This document shows, in pieces, positions 11,990 through 24,549 of a stretch of DNA of 64,000 nucleotides (position 1 is its first letter; each line of letters begins with the position of its first letter). The stretch comes from Hypanus sabinus (lineage: Eukaryota): contig NC_082736.1 in the NCBI RefSeq assembly GCF_030144855.1, positions 6,758,001 to 6,822,000 on the forward strand. The letters run 5' to 3'. The position numbers and the translations under genes are program-made. The notes under the pieces are model-generated. The model made no database searches. It was not told the origin of the DNA and saw only the letters and a program-made list of their open reading frames with translations.

Positions 11990-12660
11990 GTGAGAAAGAG
12001 AGTCCCAGTCTGTCCAAACTTCTGCTAATAATTCAAATCCTCCAGTGTCAGTAACACCCTCATCAAACCTCCCTCCACACTTTCCAGCTTCATGACATCC
12101 TTCCTGTAGCTGAGTGACTAGAACTGTGCACAATACAGTGCAATCTCACTTTGATGATGACATCCCAAATCCTGTAACTCAGTTCCCTGACCAATGAAGA
12201 CAAATAGGCCAAACATCATCTTCACCATCCTGACTACCTGTGTTGTCACTTTCAGTGAATGATGTTCCTGTGTTCCATGGACACTCTCTCTGCAATACTC
12301 TCCAAGGAACAAGAATTTACTGTGCAGGTCCTTCCCTGGTTGGACTTCTCAAAATGCAAGAGCTCACAATTGTCCACATCAACATCCATCTGTCATTCTT
12401 TGGCCAACTTCCCCAGGTCATCTTGATCCCATTGTATTCTCAAAGAATCTTCACTGTCTACTTTACCACCAACATTGCTGTCATCTGCAAACTCACTAAT
12501 CACGTTCACAACAATGTCAGAGAAAGTGTTCACATCGATGACAAATGACAGTACCAGAACCGATCCCTGTGAACGTCACTGGTCAGAGGCCTCCAACCTG
12601 AATGATAAGCTGCCACGACCACCCTCTGTCTCCTTCCACCAAGACAATTTTGTGATTCTG
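11990..12660 (-). mobile_element. Old degenerate CR1 RT fragment (also ~49650-50320)
   Basis: WLGGRRQRVVV, ISEFADDS..GG and ELLHF motifs with frameshifts. Confidence 0.7.
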
Positions 12661-13099
12661 ATATCAGGCAGAATATTGTCTGGTATCCTTTCTGCTCCAA
12701 ATGTGTAATACAGAAGAAATAAAGAATAAAGAAAAACATATTTTCCTTCAGCCTGCACCTCTCAGAAGTGCTGAAGCCTCAACTCCCCACTCCACTTCTG
12801 GCCCACTCATACAATGAACACTCTGTTTAAATCTAACTTCTTTTTATTGGATCTTGGTAAGTGCCTAACTATGCGCAATCAAATGTCTTCCAGGGAACGA
12901 TGACATGCAAAATGTGCCAAATGCCCATCTTCACTTCATTTAAACTGCCTCTGCCTTTGCATAATCATATGACTATGGCACACAAAGTTGTGAATGCAGG
13001 AAACCAAAGTACATGCTTGAACTGTTCCACAAAGCCACAAACGATAAAACAAACAAAACACTGTATAACAAACACACGAATCCCCTAACTGAGAGGACT

Positions 13100-13720
13100 G
13101 GAGATGCTGGATGACCATAAAGATTTAAAGAGAAGCAAGATAAATGTTTATAAAATCAGGGGAGTGGGATCGACATACAAGAGGAGTCTGATGGCAGATC
13201 AGCCTTTCAATGGAATTGTGGGTGAGGGACTAAGAGAGAACACACTGGAGGCTTCATCCAGTGAGACAGTGTGGATAGAGCTCAGGATAAGAGAGGTGCA
13301 TTCACTGATGGAGCTGTGCTACAGGCCTCCCAAATGCCATCAGGAGGTAAAGAAACTGAAATGTACCAGGGAATGAAAAATGTAAAAGCAACAGGGTCAT
13401 TGTAGAGGGTGACTAATTTCCCCAATATTGACTGGAACTCCCTGAGACTCAGGGGCTTAGATATCACTGCATTTGTTAGAAGAATACTGGGATGTTTGAT
13501 GATCTGGGCCTGTACTGACTGGAATCTAGAAGAATGAGGGAGAATCGTATAGAAACACATTGAATGTTGAAAGGCCTAGATAGCGTTGATATGAGAGGAT
13601 GTTTCCAATAATGGAAGAATCTGGAACCAGACCACACCCTCAATACAAAGATGCCCCTCTAGAATAGAGATGAGTAATTTCTTTAGTCAGAAGCTGATCA
13701 ATCAATGGGTTTCTTTGGCA
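13100..13720 (+). mobile_element. Old degenerate CR1 fragments (endonuclease and 3' part; also ~50760-51380)
   Basis: SSSETVWIELR..CYRPP. Confidence 0.6.
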
Positions 13721-13799
13721 TGAAGACAGTCAGGGGCCTGGGTGGACGTGCTTTTTTCAGTAAATACGATCGGTTCCACAGGGTAAACGTACCTTTGTA

Positions 13800-14308
13800 G
13801 ACAGTCAGAGACCTGTATAGTTGTGCCGCGGAGAGCATTCTGACAGGCGGCATCTGTCTGGTGTGGAGGGGCTACGGCACAGCACGGAAAGAAGCTGCTG
13901 ATAGTACCCAGGACATCTTTAGGGAGCGGTGCTCATAAAGGCAGCGTCCATTATTAAACACTTCCAACACCCAGGGCATGCCCTTTTCTCACTGTTACCG
14001 TCAGGTAGGAGATACAGAAGCCTGAAGACACACTCAGCGTTTCAGGAACAGCTTCTTCCCCTCTGCCATCCGATTCCTAAATGGACATTGAAGCTTTGGA
14101 AAATACCTCACTTTTCCAATATGCAGCTTCTCTGTTTTTGCACATTTTTCAAATAATCTATTCAATATACGTAACTGATTTACTTTATTATGTTTTATTT
14201 TATTTATTATTATTTTTCTCTCTCTGCTAGATTATGTATTGCATGGAACTGCTGCTGCTTAGTTAAGTAATTTCGTCAGATGCCGGTGATAATAAACTTG
14301 ATTCTGAA
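13800..14308 (+). mobile_element. Rex/Babar LINE 3' end (also ~51500-52010)
   Basis: KAASIIKHFQHPGHALFSLLPSGRRYRSLK; AATAAACTTGATTCTGA tail. Confidence 0.8.
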
Positions 14309-14719
14309 ATGTAAAACGCAAATGTTATTTTTCTGTGAGGCGATGGGAATCGCTCATGAAGCAACGAACAGGCGATGTTCCCGCCTTCTGCACACCGGAA
14401 CGGTCCGGGGTCAACCCGCAATGTGGAACCCAGACAACGCGGTTCTAGGTGATGAAGAGCGGAGTCGTTCAGTGATCGGAGATTAAATTCTCACTCCCGG
14501 GTCTGACTCCGGAAGTTCATTTCACGACTCTGCGCCTAGTGAACCCGCTGATTCTCTGCAAGGGGAGAGAGCTACATTCGGTCCGCTGAGAGGGAAAAAC
14601 GAGCCGGGACCGAAACGAACCGGTTTCTGTGAAGAATTATATTGGTTTCTTTCGCGGAAGAAACATGTTGAGGCACTGACAGATGCAGGATATCAAACGG
14701 ACGGAAAGCACCCGTCGCT

Positions 14720-14760
14720 CAGCCCTTCCACAGACATTGTGAGTGGCTCTGAAAAGAGCC
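14720..14760 (-). terminator. H2A 3' stem-loop plus HDE
   Basis: Minus strand GGCTCT-TTTC-AGAGCC (14745-14760); GGAAGGGCTG. Confidence 0.93.
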
Positions 14761-14790
14761 TTTGGGTAAATAGATTCAGCTTACGTCACT

Positions 14791-15240
<450 letters not shown>

Positions 15241-16110
15241 TTATACCCTATTTGAGAATGCGAACTGATGTTTGTGATTGGTGTGATCCTGCTTATTCTC
15301 ATTGGTGAAGAGAAATGCCCCAATCGAAGAACTGCCTTAATCACCAATCAGCAGTCCGTAAAAGTAGAAGCGGGGTAAATAACCGTCTCCTCCCCAAAAT
15401 GTACTGAAATCTGGAAAAAAAGCCCGCCAAAAATAAATCTACTGTTCAAATGTATTTTCAACGTTAAATAATTGCAGATCTATTTTAAGATTGGGTCTTC
15501 GCATTTCCCTCTGTTCCTGAAACCGGGCACATTTGATTTAAGTGTAGTTGATATTGGAGTGTCTGGGAACTCAATTCTCTAATTTCTTTCAAACCGTAAC
15601 GGAACCGAATAAAACTGACCCTCAGCTTCTGCCCGCGGTCGGTCACTGTGTGAACGTTATCAGGTTATGGAAAACGGCTCTTCTCAAACTTTGTCCAGCG
15701 TCTAATCTGCAATTTTATAAAGTTATTATATGAAAGAGCCATCACGAGGAAATCTGCAGATGCTGGAAATTCAAACAACACACAAAATGCTGGTGGAACC
15801 CAGCAGGCCAGGCAGCATCTATAAGCAGGATTATCGACGCTTCTGCATATGGAAGAGCCATGATGACTTTCAGGCTCGAGTTGAAATGAGATTCAGGAGT
15901 TACCCAACCGGGACCAATAAACTCCTGAAGCCACAAATAAAACAACAACGGCAGCAATCCTCCGCTTGGCATGGATACCGAGTGGGCGGACTGATGGGGA
16001 AAGGGGGGTGGGTAAACAATTCCTTGTCAGTTCAGTGGGAGCTTATTACAATCGCGATTTAGCTCTTGTATAAGTCACCAGACATAAACTATGTGTAATT
16101 TATTACCTAA

Positions 16111-16365
16111 ATGGTAGTTGTAGTGGGCCAAGCGGGAAGCCTCACCCGCGATGCGCTCGAAGATATCGTTGACGAACGAGTTCATGATGCTCCTGGCCTT
16201 GGAGGAGATGCCAGTATGGGGGTGAACCTGTTTCATCACTTTGTAGATGTAGATGGAATAACTCTCCATCCTCGACCTCTTGCGTTTCTTCCCTGCCTTG
16301 CTCGCTGTTTTGGGCAAAGCTTTCTTGCCGCCCTTCTTCGGAGCGGATTTCCCTGGCTCAGGCAT
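16111..16365 (-). pseudogene. H2B: Histone H2B pseudogene, 3' third and stem-loop deleted
   Basis: Homology ends at LAHYN; ~200 bp missing relative to 53419-53628; substitutions at conserved sites (K>M, D>H, M>R). Confidence 0.93.
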
Positions 16366-17033
16366 CTCCTCTGACCGTTTCAGACCCAGAAATAAGCGGA
16401 ATTTGCCGTGAGCACGAGTTAAATAGGCAGCACCCAGATCAGTATGCTAATGAAGGATGGGAATGCTTTGGATTCCCAATGGCTATTCGAAGAAAAGATA
16501 CATGCAGTCAATTCATTTGAATGGATAGCTGTAGAACACGTTCAACCAATCAGAATTCTCTCTCCGCGACCCATTGTCGTTTCGGCTAACACCGTGGACT
16601 GGGAATGGCGTTAATCTGGTGAGTTGCCGCTGCCGGTTCATTCGGCAGGAAGGAAATCTAAAATACAAAATGGACCATAAAGTACAGGCGCAGTATTCGG
16701 CCATTCGACCTGTGGCGTCGGCTGGAAAAGCAGGTGGAATGAGAAAAACACAAACTTGTTAATATGAAACGTTTATGTGAAGAAACTGGGCAGCAGGAAA
16801 TCGAAGGTCAAATTGTCCTCATGAGAGACCTATTTCTGCGTGAGGTTGAAAGTCGAGTTTGTAGTCATATCGGAGACACAACATTCACAAAATATAAACA
16901 TACTGTACAGAATTACAGATAGAAGAGAATTTGAGCAAGAATCTCAAGACAGTCAAGACTGTGTAAAGTGGTCGAAGTGGTGCTGTACTGAGTTGCGATG
17001 TGGGTTCTCCAGGTTGATTAAAGAACACAATGA

Positions 17034-18155
17034 CTGTCCCTGTCAGTCTCTGGTATAGTGTGAGAGTGTGGGGTTCATTCTGTCCCTGTCTGTCTGTGGT
17101 ACAGTGTGAGAGTGTGGGGTTCATTCTATCCCTGTCTGTCTCAGGTACAGTGTGAGAGTGTGGTGTTCATTCTGTCCCTGTCAGTCTCTGGTACAGTGTG
17201 AGAGTGTGGGGTACATTCTGTACCTGTCAGTCTATGGTACAGTGTGAGAGTGTGGGGTTCATTCTGTACCTGTCAGTCTCTGGTACAGTGTGAGAGTGTG
17301 GTGTTCATTCTGTCCCTGTCAGTCTCAGGTACAGTGTGAGAGTGTGGTGTTCATTCTGTCCCTGTCAGTCTCTGGTACAGTGTGAGAGTGTGGGGTACAT
17401 TCTGTACCTGTCAGTCTCTGGTACAGTGTGAGAGTGTGGAGTTTATTCTGTACCTGTCAGTCTCTGGTACAGTGAGAGAGTGTGGGGTTCATTCTGTACC
17501 TGTCAGTCTCTGGTACAGTGTGAGAGTGTGGGGTTCATTCTGTCCCTGTCTGTCTCTGGTACAGTGTGAGAGTGTGGGGTTCATTCTGTCCCTGTCTGTC
17601 TGTGGTACAGTGTGAGAGTGTGGTGTTCATTCTGTCCCTGTCAGTCTCAGGTACAGTGTGAGAGTGTGGTGTTCATTCTGTCCCTGTCAGTCTCTGGTAC
17701 AGTGTGAGAGTGTGGGGTACATTCTGTACCTGTCAGTCTATGGTACAGTGTGAGAGTGTGGGGTTCATTCTGTACCTGTCAGTCTCTGGTACAGTGTGAG
17801 AGTGTGGGGTTCATTCTGTCCCTGTCTGTCTCAAGTACAGTGTGAAAGTGTGGTGTTCATTCTGTCCCTGTCAGTCTCAGGTACAGTGTGAGAGTGTGGT
17901 GTTCATTCTGTCCCTGTCAGTCTCTGGTACAGTGTGAGAGTGTGGGGTACATTCTGTACCTGTCAGTCTCTGGTACAGTGTGAGAGTGTGGAGTTTATTC
18001 TGTACCTGTCAGTCTCTGGTACAGTGAGAGAGTGTGGGGTTCATTCTGTACCTGTCAGTCTCTGGTACAGTGTGAGAGTGTGGGGTTCATTCTGTCCCTG
18101 TCTGTCTCTGGTACAGTGTGAGAGTGTGGGGTTCATTCTGTACCTCTCAGTCTCT
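17034..18155 (+). repeat. 46-bp satellite array 1 (~24 units)
   Basis: Unit TGT(A/C)CCTGTCAGTCTCTGGTACAGTGTGAGAGTGTGGGGTTCATTC. Confidence 0.97.
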
Positions 18156-18385
18156 TTACTTTACCCATCCCCTTTCAGGATTCACCTCGTTTTCTCTCTC
18201 CCCTACCCTGAACTTTTCAATCTACTTTTCAGCTTTTCCTCTCCAGTCCTGCTTAAGGATTTTGGCCTGAAGCATTCACTACTTTTTTTTTTCCCTTTTG
18301 ATGCTGCCTGGCCTGATGCGTTCCTTCAGCATTTTGTGTGTGTTGCTCGGATTTCCAGCATCTACAGATTTTCTCTTGTTTGTGA
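18156..18385 (+). mobile_element. Penelope terminal-repeat fragment with decayed hammerhead
   Basis: Reverse-complement match to 37829-38050; CAGTC-CTGCTTA...GAAG. Confidence 0.7.
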
Positions 18386-19659
18386 CACCATGTTGTATAT
18401 TGGTATCTCAGGGATGATGTATCTGGTTACATTGAACTACTCTGAATGGACTTTGCAGCAGAGCATCCAGAGCAACAAAACCAGACCATTGAATCCAACT
18501 CTGGGCTTGTGATAAACATTTAACTTCCCCGAGTCTCTGTGGGAGGGTTTGAATGGGGGGTATTGTGTCGCAATTCGGGCTGATGGAATTGAGAATGATT
18601 TTGACTGTAGATATGTAACCAGTGTGTCCACAGTGATCAGCGATGGGGCCTCTGTCTGATCAGATTAAAATACACAAGGGCTGATCAGATCACTGATGAC
18701 ATGAATGTTGGTGCAGTTGTGGTTGGTGAGGAAGGTTATCAAATGGACAGATCTGGATGCAGACCAGTTGGAAACAGGGACAGAGAAATAGGGGACAGAT
18801 TATAATCTGGACGTTTGAGGAGTTTTACAGGTCAAATGTTGGAGGAAACTCCATAGTAAATGGCAACACCCTTAGAAGCGCTGATACACTGAGGGACCTT
18901 GCTGTGTCTGTACATATCATCCTGCAAGTGACATTGAAGGGAAGTAAACTGCTAAGATCAAAGAGGGGGAGCAGTGAGAGGATGGGGGTGTGTGTGTCTG
19001 GTAATATCATGGGTGGAAATCTGCATAATTAACGACCACCGACATTGAGTTGTGTTTCTCTTTAAGAAGCTGGACTGATGTTATGATGCAATTACATGAA
19101 GTTTTATTTAAACTGTTTATTACATTTCTGTGTTTGGAGGACAATAAATGAGTTATGATGTTCCTTGAACAGAAAATGCCTCATCTCATTTTATATGTGA
19201 AAACACATAGTAACGTACTGGGTAACAAGTGACCAGTAGCTTTCACACCGCAAGAATACCGCCGTATCAATCTGCAACGAGGAAGCCCGATCACATTCTC
19301 TTCAGGTTCAATGGCATTGCCGACTCTGAGTTTACCACCGTCAAATGCCAGCAGGGTCACAATCAGCAGAAACTATTATAAAGTAACCCTGTAAGTATTG
19401 TGTGTCTTCAGAGGTCTGTGGGACATACCCAGAGTATGAAGCTTATATTAATGGAGAGAAACAAACTGAGCCAAGACACGGCTTGATGGGCAGAGAGGAA
19501 AACAGAATTTGATGTTGTTTCCTTATGTCTGAACTCTGGCCGGTTAGAAGTCTCTCTCCTCTGAATAGTGTTCAGCCTCACTGTAACAGTGACATCAGAC
19601 ATCAACACAAAAACTGAAATAATCTCAGCTAAAATGTTGACTTTTACCTGTTGATCTTC

Positions 19660-20610
19660 TTTGCAAATATTTCACAGGATAGAAAAAGCAAAGAATTTCT
19701 GACTGAGAATCTCAAACACAAAGGTGTGTCAGGTCTGATGTGTCTGCCAGTTCTCCAGCATTTGAAGGCTACCAATCATTGAATGTGAAGGAGGAGATGG
19801 TTGAGAAGACAGCACACCAGTCTGAGCAAGGAGAACCCCAATACACGGACATGTCCTTGATCTGACCTGATAAATGGCCACAGAGTTGATACCGGTGAGC
19901 TGACATTCACCGCCTCTCATTTTGCCAGGGATTCACCAGGCCACTGAACTTGCAGACACACAGCAAGTTCACATGGGGAGAGGCATTTCACCTGCTCTGT
20001 GTGTGGAACAGGATTCATTCAGTCACATGAGCCCATACAACACCAGTCAGTTCACACGGGGAGAGGGCATTCACCTGCTCTGTGTGCGGGACGGGATTCA
20101 TTGAGTCACATGAGCCCATACAACACCAGCCAGTTCACATGGGGAGAGGCATTTCACCTGCTCTGTGTGTGGGACAGGATTCATTTAGTCACATGAGCCC
20201 ATACAACACCAGCCAGTTCACATGGGGAGAGGGCATTCACCTGCTCTGTGTGCAGGACGGGGTTCATTCAGTCACATGAGCCCATACAACACCAGTCAGT
20301 TCACACGGGGAGAGGGCATTCACCTGCTCTGTGTGTGGGACAGGATTCATTCAGTCACATGAGCCCATACAACACCAGTCAGTTCACACCAGTGAGCAGC
20401 TAGACTTGGCTCAGTTGTCTCTGTCTCTCAGTGTAGCTTCACACCTGTTCCGAGCGTGGGACGGGATTCATTCAGTTCACCCACTTTGTGAGGCTCCAGT
20501 GAGTTTATCATACATAGAGGACAAACTTCGGTCTTGTGTCAGCAAAGAAATTTACTCAGTCATCCCACCTGCTGAGACACTGGCAACTTCACATCAGGGA
20601 GGAAGTTGAA
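19660..20610 (+). pseudogene. C2H2 zinc-finger gene remnant; five 83-bp frameshifted finger repeats at ~19960-20392
   Basis: FTCSVCGTGFIQSHEPIQHQSVHT(G) units with HTGER-type linkers, each 1 nt short; acceptor-like TTTCACAG at ~19670. Confidence 0.85.
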
Positions 20611-21639
20611 ATAAGCTCTAGGTGAACATTTTAACCATCATGGTGACTGAATCTAGTTGGAAGTTCATGTGACACTCTTCATGTAATATTCAGCAGATAC
20701 TGTGGCTGTTCATCACACCCAGGACTGAACCCTGGTTACTGAGCATTGGAGGGTTGTTCTGCTAATGGAAGTCTGAAAATACCCAGTCATTAATACTGTG
20801 GATCTGTGACAAATTAATCAGCTCTATTTCAAATCCTGTGTCTCACACAGCTAATGTACAGAGTAGAGGCCACTCAGTCCATCTGGTACCTGCTCATGTT
20901 CCTATTCCACACCAGAGCTTTCAAATCCATCCCTGCTGTTCACCTCTCACTCACCATATAATATTCAGTTTGCAACTGGTCACCAGTCTGTGGATGAAGA
21001 GGTTTACTTTGAGTTAAATCCATGACTTTCTGAAAACTGCAGAAGATGAATTCACTAGGGTTTTGTCCCAAATAGTCTTCATTCCTCACAGCTCTGAACC
21101 AAGGATGAAGTCTTGTGTGGTTAAAATGTTCCTGTCCTCCTCTATTCATTGTTTTGTGTCATTTTCACTGATTTTGAAGGGCTGTGCCTCACACAGCCAG
21201 GCTGTTGAAATACAACGCTCTCCTCTAAAGTATGACAGCAGAATGGTGGATAAATATTTGATGGAGCAGAAACAAGAGGGCTCAGCACAATGAGGCCTTG
21301 GGGCTCCATATGTGATGGAGGCTCGAGTTTATGGGGAGTAGAAGGAAAGAATCAGACCAGGAGGATGAGGCTACCAATGAAAGTTCAGCAACATTGGCAG
21401 AAAACAGAGGGTTATCTTTGCAAAATGCTGGAGGGACTCCCTGGCCCCGGCCGCATTTATGGAGAGGAATAAATAGTCAATATTATGGGACAAGTCACTT
21501 CATCCTATCCAGACTGTTTATTCCTCTGCTTAGTATCTGCTGACTTCCTGCAGTACTTCGTGCATTTTACTTTACAGTTTATCCCCAGCATTGCTGAACC
21601 TCGAGTTACATACCTGCATTTCTAACTGAGTGAGACTTA

Positions 21640-22075
21640 CAGTTGACATTTTGGGCCAGGATTCTTCAGAAGGACTGGGGAGAAAACAATGAGGAGTAAA
21701 GATTAAAGGTGGGGGAGGTGAGAGAGAAACGCAAAGTGATAGGTGGAACTGGGAGAAGGAGAGATGAAGTAAAGAACTGGGAAGTTGATTGTTGAAAGAG
21801 ATACAGGGCTGGAGTAGGGGAGGCTGAGACGAGAGAACAGAAGTCCATGGAAGAATGAAAAGTGGGGAGGAACACCAGAGGAAGGTGATGGGCAGGTAAC
21901 GAGAGGGAAAAGAGGATGGGGAATGATGAAGGGGGGGGGAGGCATGTCAGGAAGGTCAAGAAATTGATGCTCATGCCATCAGATTGGAGGCTACCCAGAC
22001 AGAATACAAGGTGTTGTTCCTCCTAACTGAGCGTGGCCTCATCGCGACAGTATAGGAGGCCATGGATTGACATTT
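21640..22075 (-). mobile_element. Penelope 3' fragment (GIY-YIG C-terminus plus terminal repeat)
   Basis: Homologous to 37930-38350. Confidence 0.8.
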
Positions 22076-22559
22076 CTATTGAGTATATGGTTTGTGCAAG
22101 CTCGCTGTGTTGAAGTAGCTGTGTGAGTTTTCTGCATTCAAACATTGACTGCTTTTGGGACATGTGGCACTTGCCCCCTCAAATTAATCCAGTATGTTAA
22201 CACCTCCCTATTCCAAAATATAATTCAACTACTCTATTACCGTACATTCCATAAATTTACACAAATGGGACATTTAACTAGAAGGATCCAACTGGGGTTT
22301 ACAAGGTTTTAGAATAGATGTTACAATTGTGATTATCCATGGGGACGGAAGATGGCCATTAACTCCAATTATGATTCACAAAATCTAATATTATCTCAGA
22401 GAGTTGCTGGCCATGTGTTTAAACATACAGTTACATGGATCATCCTGTCCTGGAGCCATCTGATCTGTACTATTAATAGTTTTCTTAAATTCACACAAAG
22501 CAAACCTTGCATCGCTATCATTGCTACAGCCGGTTTCCAACACATTGAGGTATTCTCTT

Positions 22560-23200
22560 AAAGCTTTATCCCTACATTGTTGAGTCTCTTCATTATTTTG
22601 ATAATGAATTGCAGCAAATGACCGACCCAGTACTCAGCCTTCTCTCTTTCAGTAACAATTATATTACCTTCTTCCATCAATACTGGGTACCCTATGAATC
22701 CCACACCCCAATTTTCTTAATCATTCCCCAAATACCTCCAAGTTTAATAGTCCTTCCAATACTCTCACAATATGACCTCTAGTAAATCTTTTTCACAAGC
22801 TTCATTACTTTCCTCATCACGGCCTGTGACCTGCTACTCTTAATAAGATCACGTGGAGAGTGATACTTCATAACTTTCCAAAATGCCACATTTCTTTCAA
22901 TAATTGCCTCAGCACACTGCTCCATGCACCATGGTACAGCCTTTCTCCTATTAATGCACTTCTTAATATGAATTTCTTCCACCAGTTTGATGAATAATGT
23001 GAACTTTCTTTGTAGAAATCCACGTCATCCTCACCATTCAGCCCAGACAGACGTTCTGTTCATCACATAAAATATTAAAACTTCTCCCAATTTGCTTTAC
23101 CGAAGTTCCACCTACTGAAAGTGGCCTCTTGACCCCGATATAAATCTAAACCCAGACTTATAAATAAATCACGCTTAATAACGATATGATTCTGGAAGGA
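22560..23200 (-). mobile_element. Degenerate I/Nimb-clade LINE fragment
   Basis: RRKAVPWC.EQCAEAI..RN.AF, YCESIGR..IWGMIKK, WNFGKANWEKF. Confidence 0.65.
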
Positions 23201-23354
23201 AGAAATTAAATGTGTTAACAACAGGTTTCCTGAATACTCACAACTTCAGATAGATTTGATAAATCAGAAATCAACTTGGAGTCTTGATCATTAGAAATCA
23301 GGCTTCTGGAAAAGAGCGCAGCAGCCCTTCTTGTATCGTCTGCAGGAAAGTAGC

Positions 23355-23770
23355 GGGGCGTTTATGACTGGTGAAACAGTGCCGAATCTGATTGGACAGA
23401 AAATACTCCTATCAGAGAGCTGCTTTATTCACCAATCAAGAGACAGAGACGGTAGAAGCGCGGAAAATAACCGTCCAACCGCCGAAATAAACTGAAATTT
23501 GTAAAAGAGCGCCAAAGAGCCTTTGTTGCTGAAATTAATCTACAACAGGTTTGTTTGTTGACCCTTTACCCCCGTTACTGAAGTCCAACACATTTAAACC
23601 GAGTGTTGTTAATATTGCGATGCTGTCTGGGAATTTAGTTCACCGATTTCTTTCAATTGATGAACAATTGGAATAAAACAGATTCTCAGCTTCTGTTCGC
23701 GATCGGCCATTGTGTAAACTGTCAGTTTACCAACGGGTCGCCCTTCAGAAAGTGGAGCTTTAAACAATAT
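23355..23770 (-). promoter_or_regulatory. Diverged orphan H2A promoter and H2A-H2B spacer (no H2A CDS)
   Basis: Aligns by eye to 15265-15710 (CACCAATCA..GTAGAAGCG.G.AAATAACCGTC). Confidence 0.75.
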
Positions 23771-24120
23771 TCTGATCGAACCGTGAGTGTTCAGCTCTCG
23801 CGTTGGAAAGGAGTTAAGAGAAGTAACCAAAATGTGACAAAGCTTAAAGAACCGCATTCCCCACAGTAATTATACCAGAAACAATAATTGGTGTCACGTC
23901 AGAGAAATCTGATGACAGAGAGGGAAATGATGGGGAAGGGGTGCGTAACGATTCCGTGTCTGTACACGAATGTAACAGAGAAATCGGAATTATACAGAGA
24001 AGCGGACAGAAAGTGCTGATTGACGGAGATAAGATTCTGAATGAGCTCAACAAGAAATTTCCAACCTTACCTCAAATTCATGTCTCAATATTTAGTAACT
24101 CTCTTAATGAAACCGTGAGC

Positions 24121-24136
24121 GGCTCTTAAAAGAGCC
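24121..24136 (-). terminator. H2B 3' stem-loop
   Basis: Minus strand GGCTCT-TTTA-AGAGCC. Confidence 0.93.
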
Positions 24137-24174
24137 TTTGATTTTCGATTTTTTTTTTGTCAGCAAACTTGTCT

Positions 24175-24549
24175 TCACTTGGAGCTGGTGTACTTGGTCA
24201 CCGCCTTTGTCCCTTCGGACACGGCGTGCTTGGCCAGCTCCCCGGGCAGCAGAAGGCGCACAGCGGTCTGGATCTCCCGGGAGCTGATGGTGGACCGCTT
24301 GTTGTAATGGGCCAGGCGGGAAGCCTCACCCGCGATGCGCTCGAAAATATCGTTCACGAATGAATTCATGATGCTCATGGCCTTGGAGGAGATGCCGGTG
24401 TCGGGGTGAACCTGCTTCATCACTTTGTAGATGTAGATGGCGTAACTCTCCTTCCTCGTCCTCTTGCGCTTCTTGCCAGACTTGCTCGCCGGTTTGGACA
24501 GAGCTTTCTTGGCGCCCTTCTTGGGAGCGGGTTTCGGTGCATCAGGCAT
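24175..24549 (-). CDS. H2B: Histone H2B (124 aa; distinct N-tail [11 protein letters not shown])
   Basis: Intact ORF; TATTTAA box at ~24602; octamer-like ATTAACAT at ~24627; stem-loop. Confidence 0.97.
   Translation of the reverse strand: MPDAPKPAPKKGAKKALSKPASKSGKKRKRTRKESYAIYIYKVMKQVHPDTGISSKAMSIMNSFVNDIFERIAGEASRLAHYNKRSTISSREIQTAVRLLLPGELAKHAVSEGTKAVTKYTSSK

Noticed and set aside
17034-18155. 46-bp repeats as a CRISPR array or as Cys-rich protein ORFs
   Set aside because: There are no unique spacers. The unit is not a multiple of 3 and contains a recurring TGA, so the ORFs are satellite read-through.
20250-20275. Satellite possibly derived from zinc-finger DNA (shared GGGGTTCATTC)
   Set aside because: Only an 11-bp match in one finger; the rest of the monomer does not align.
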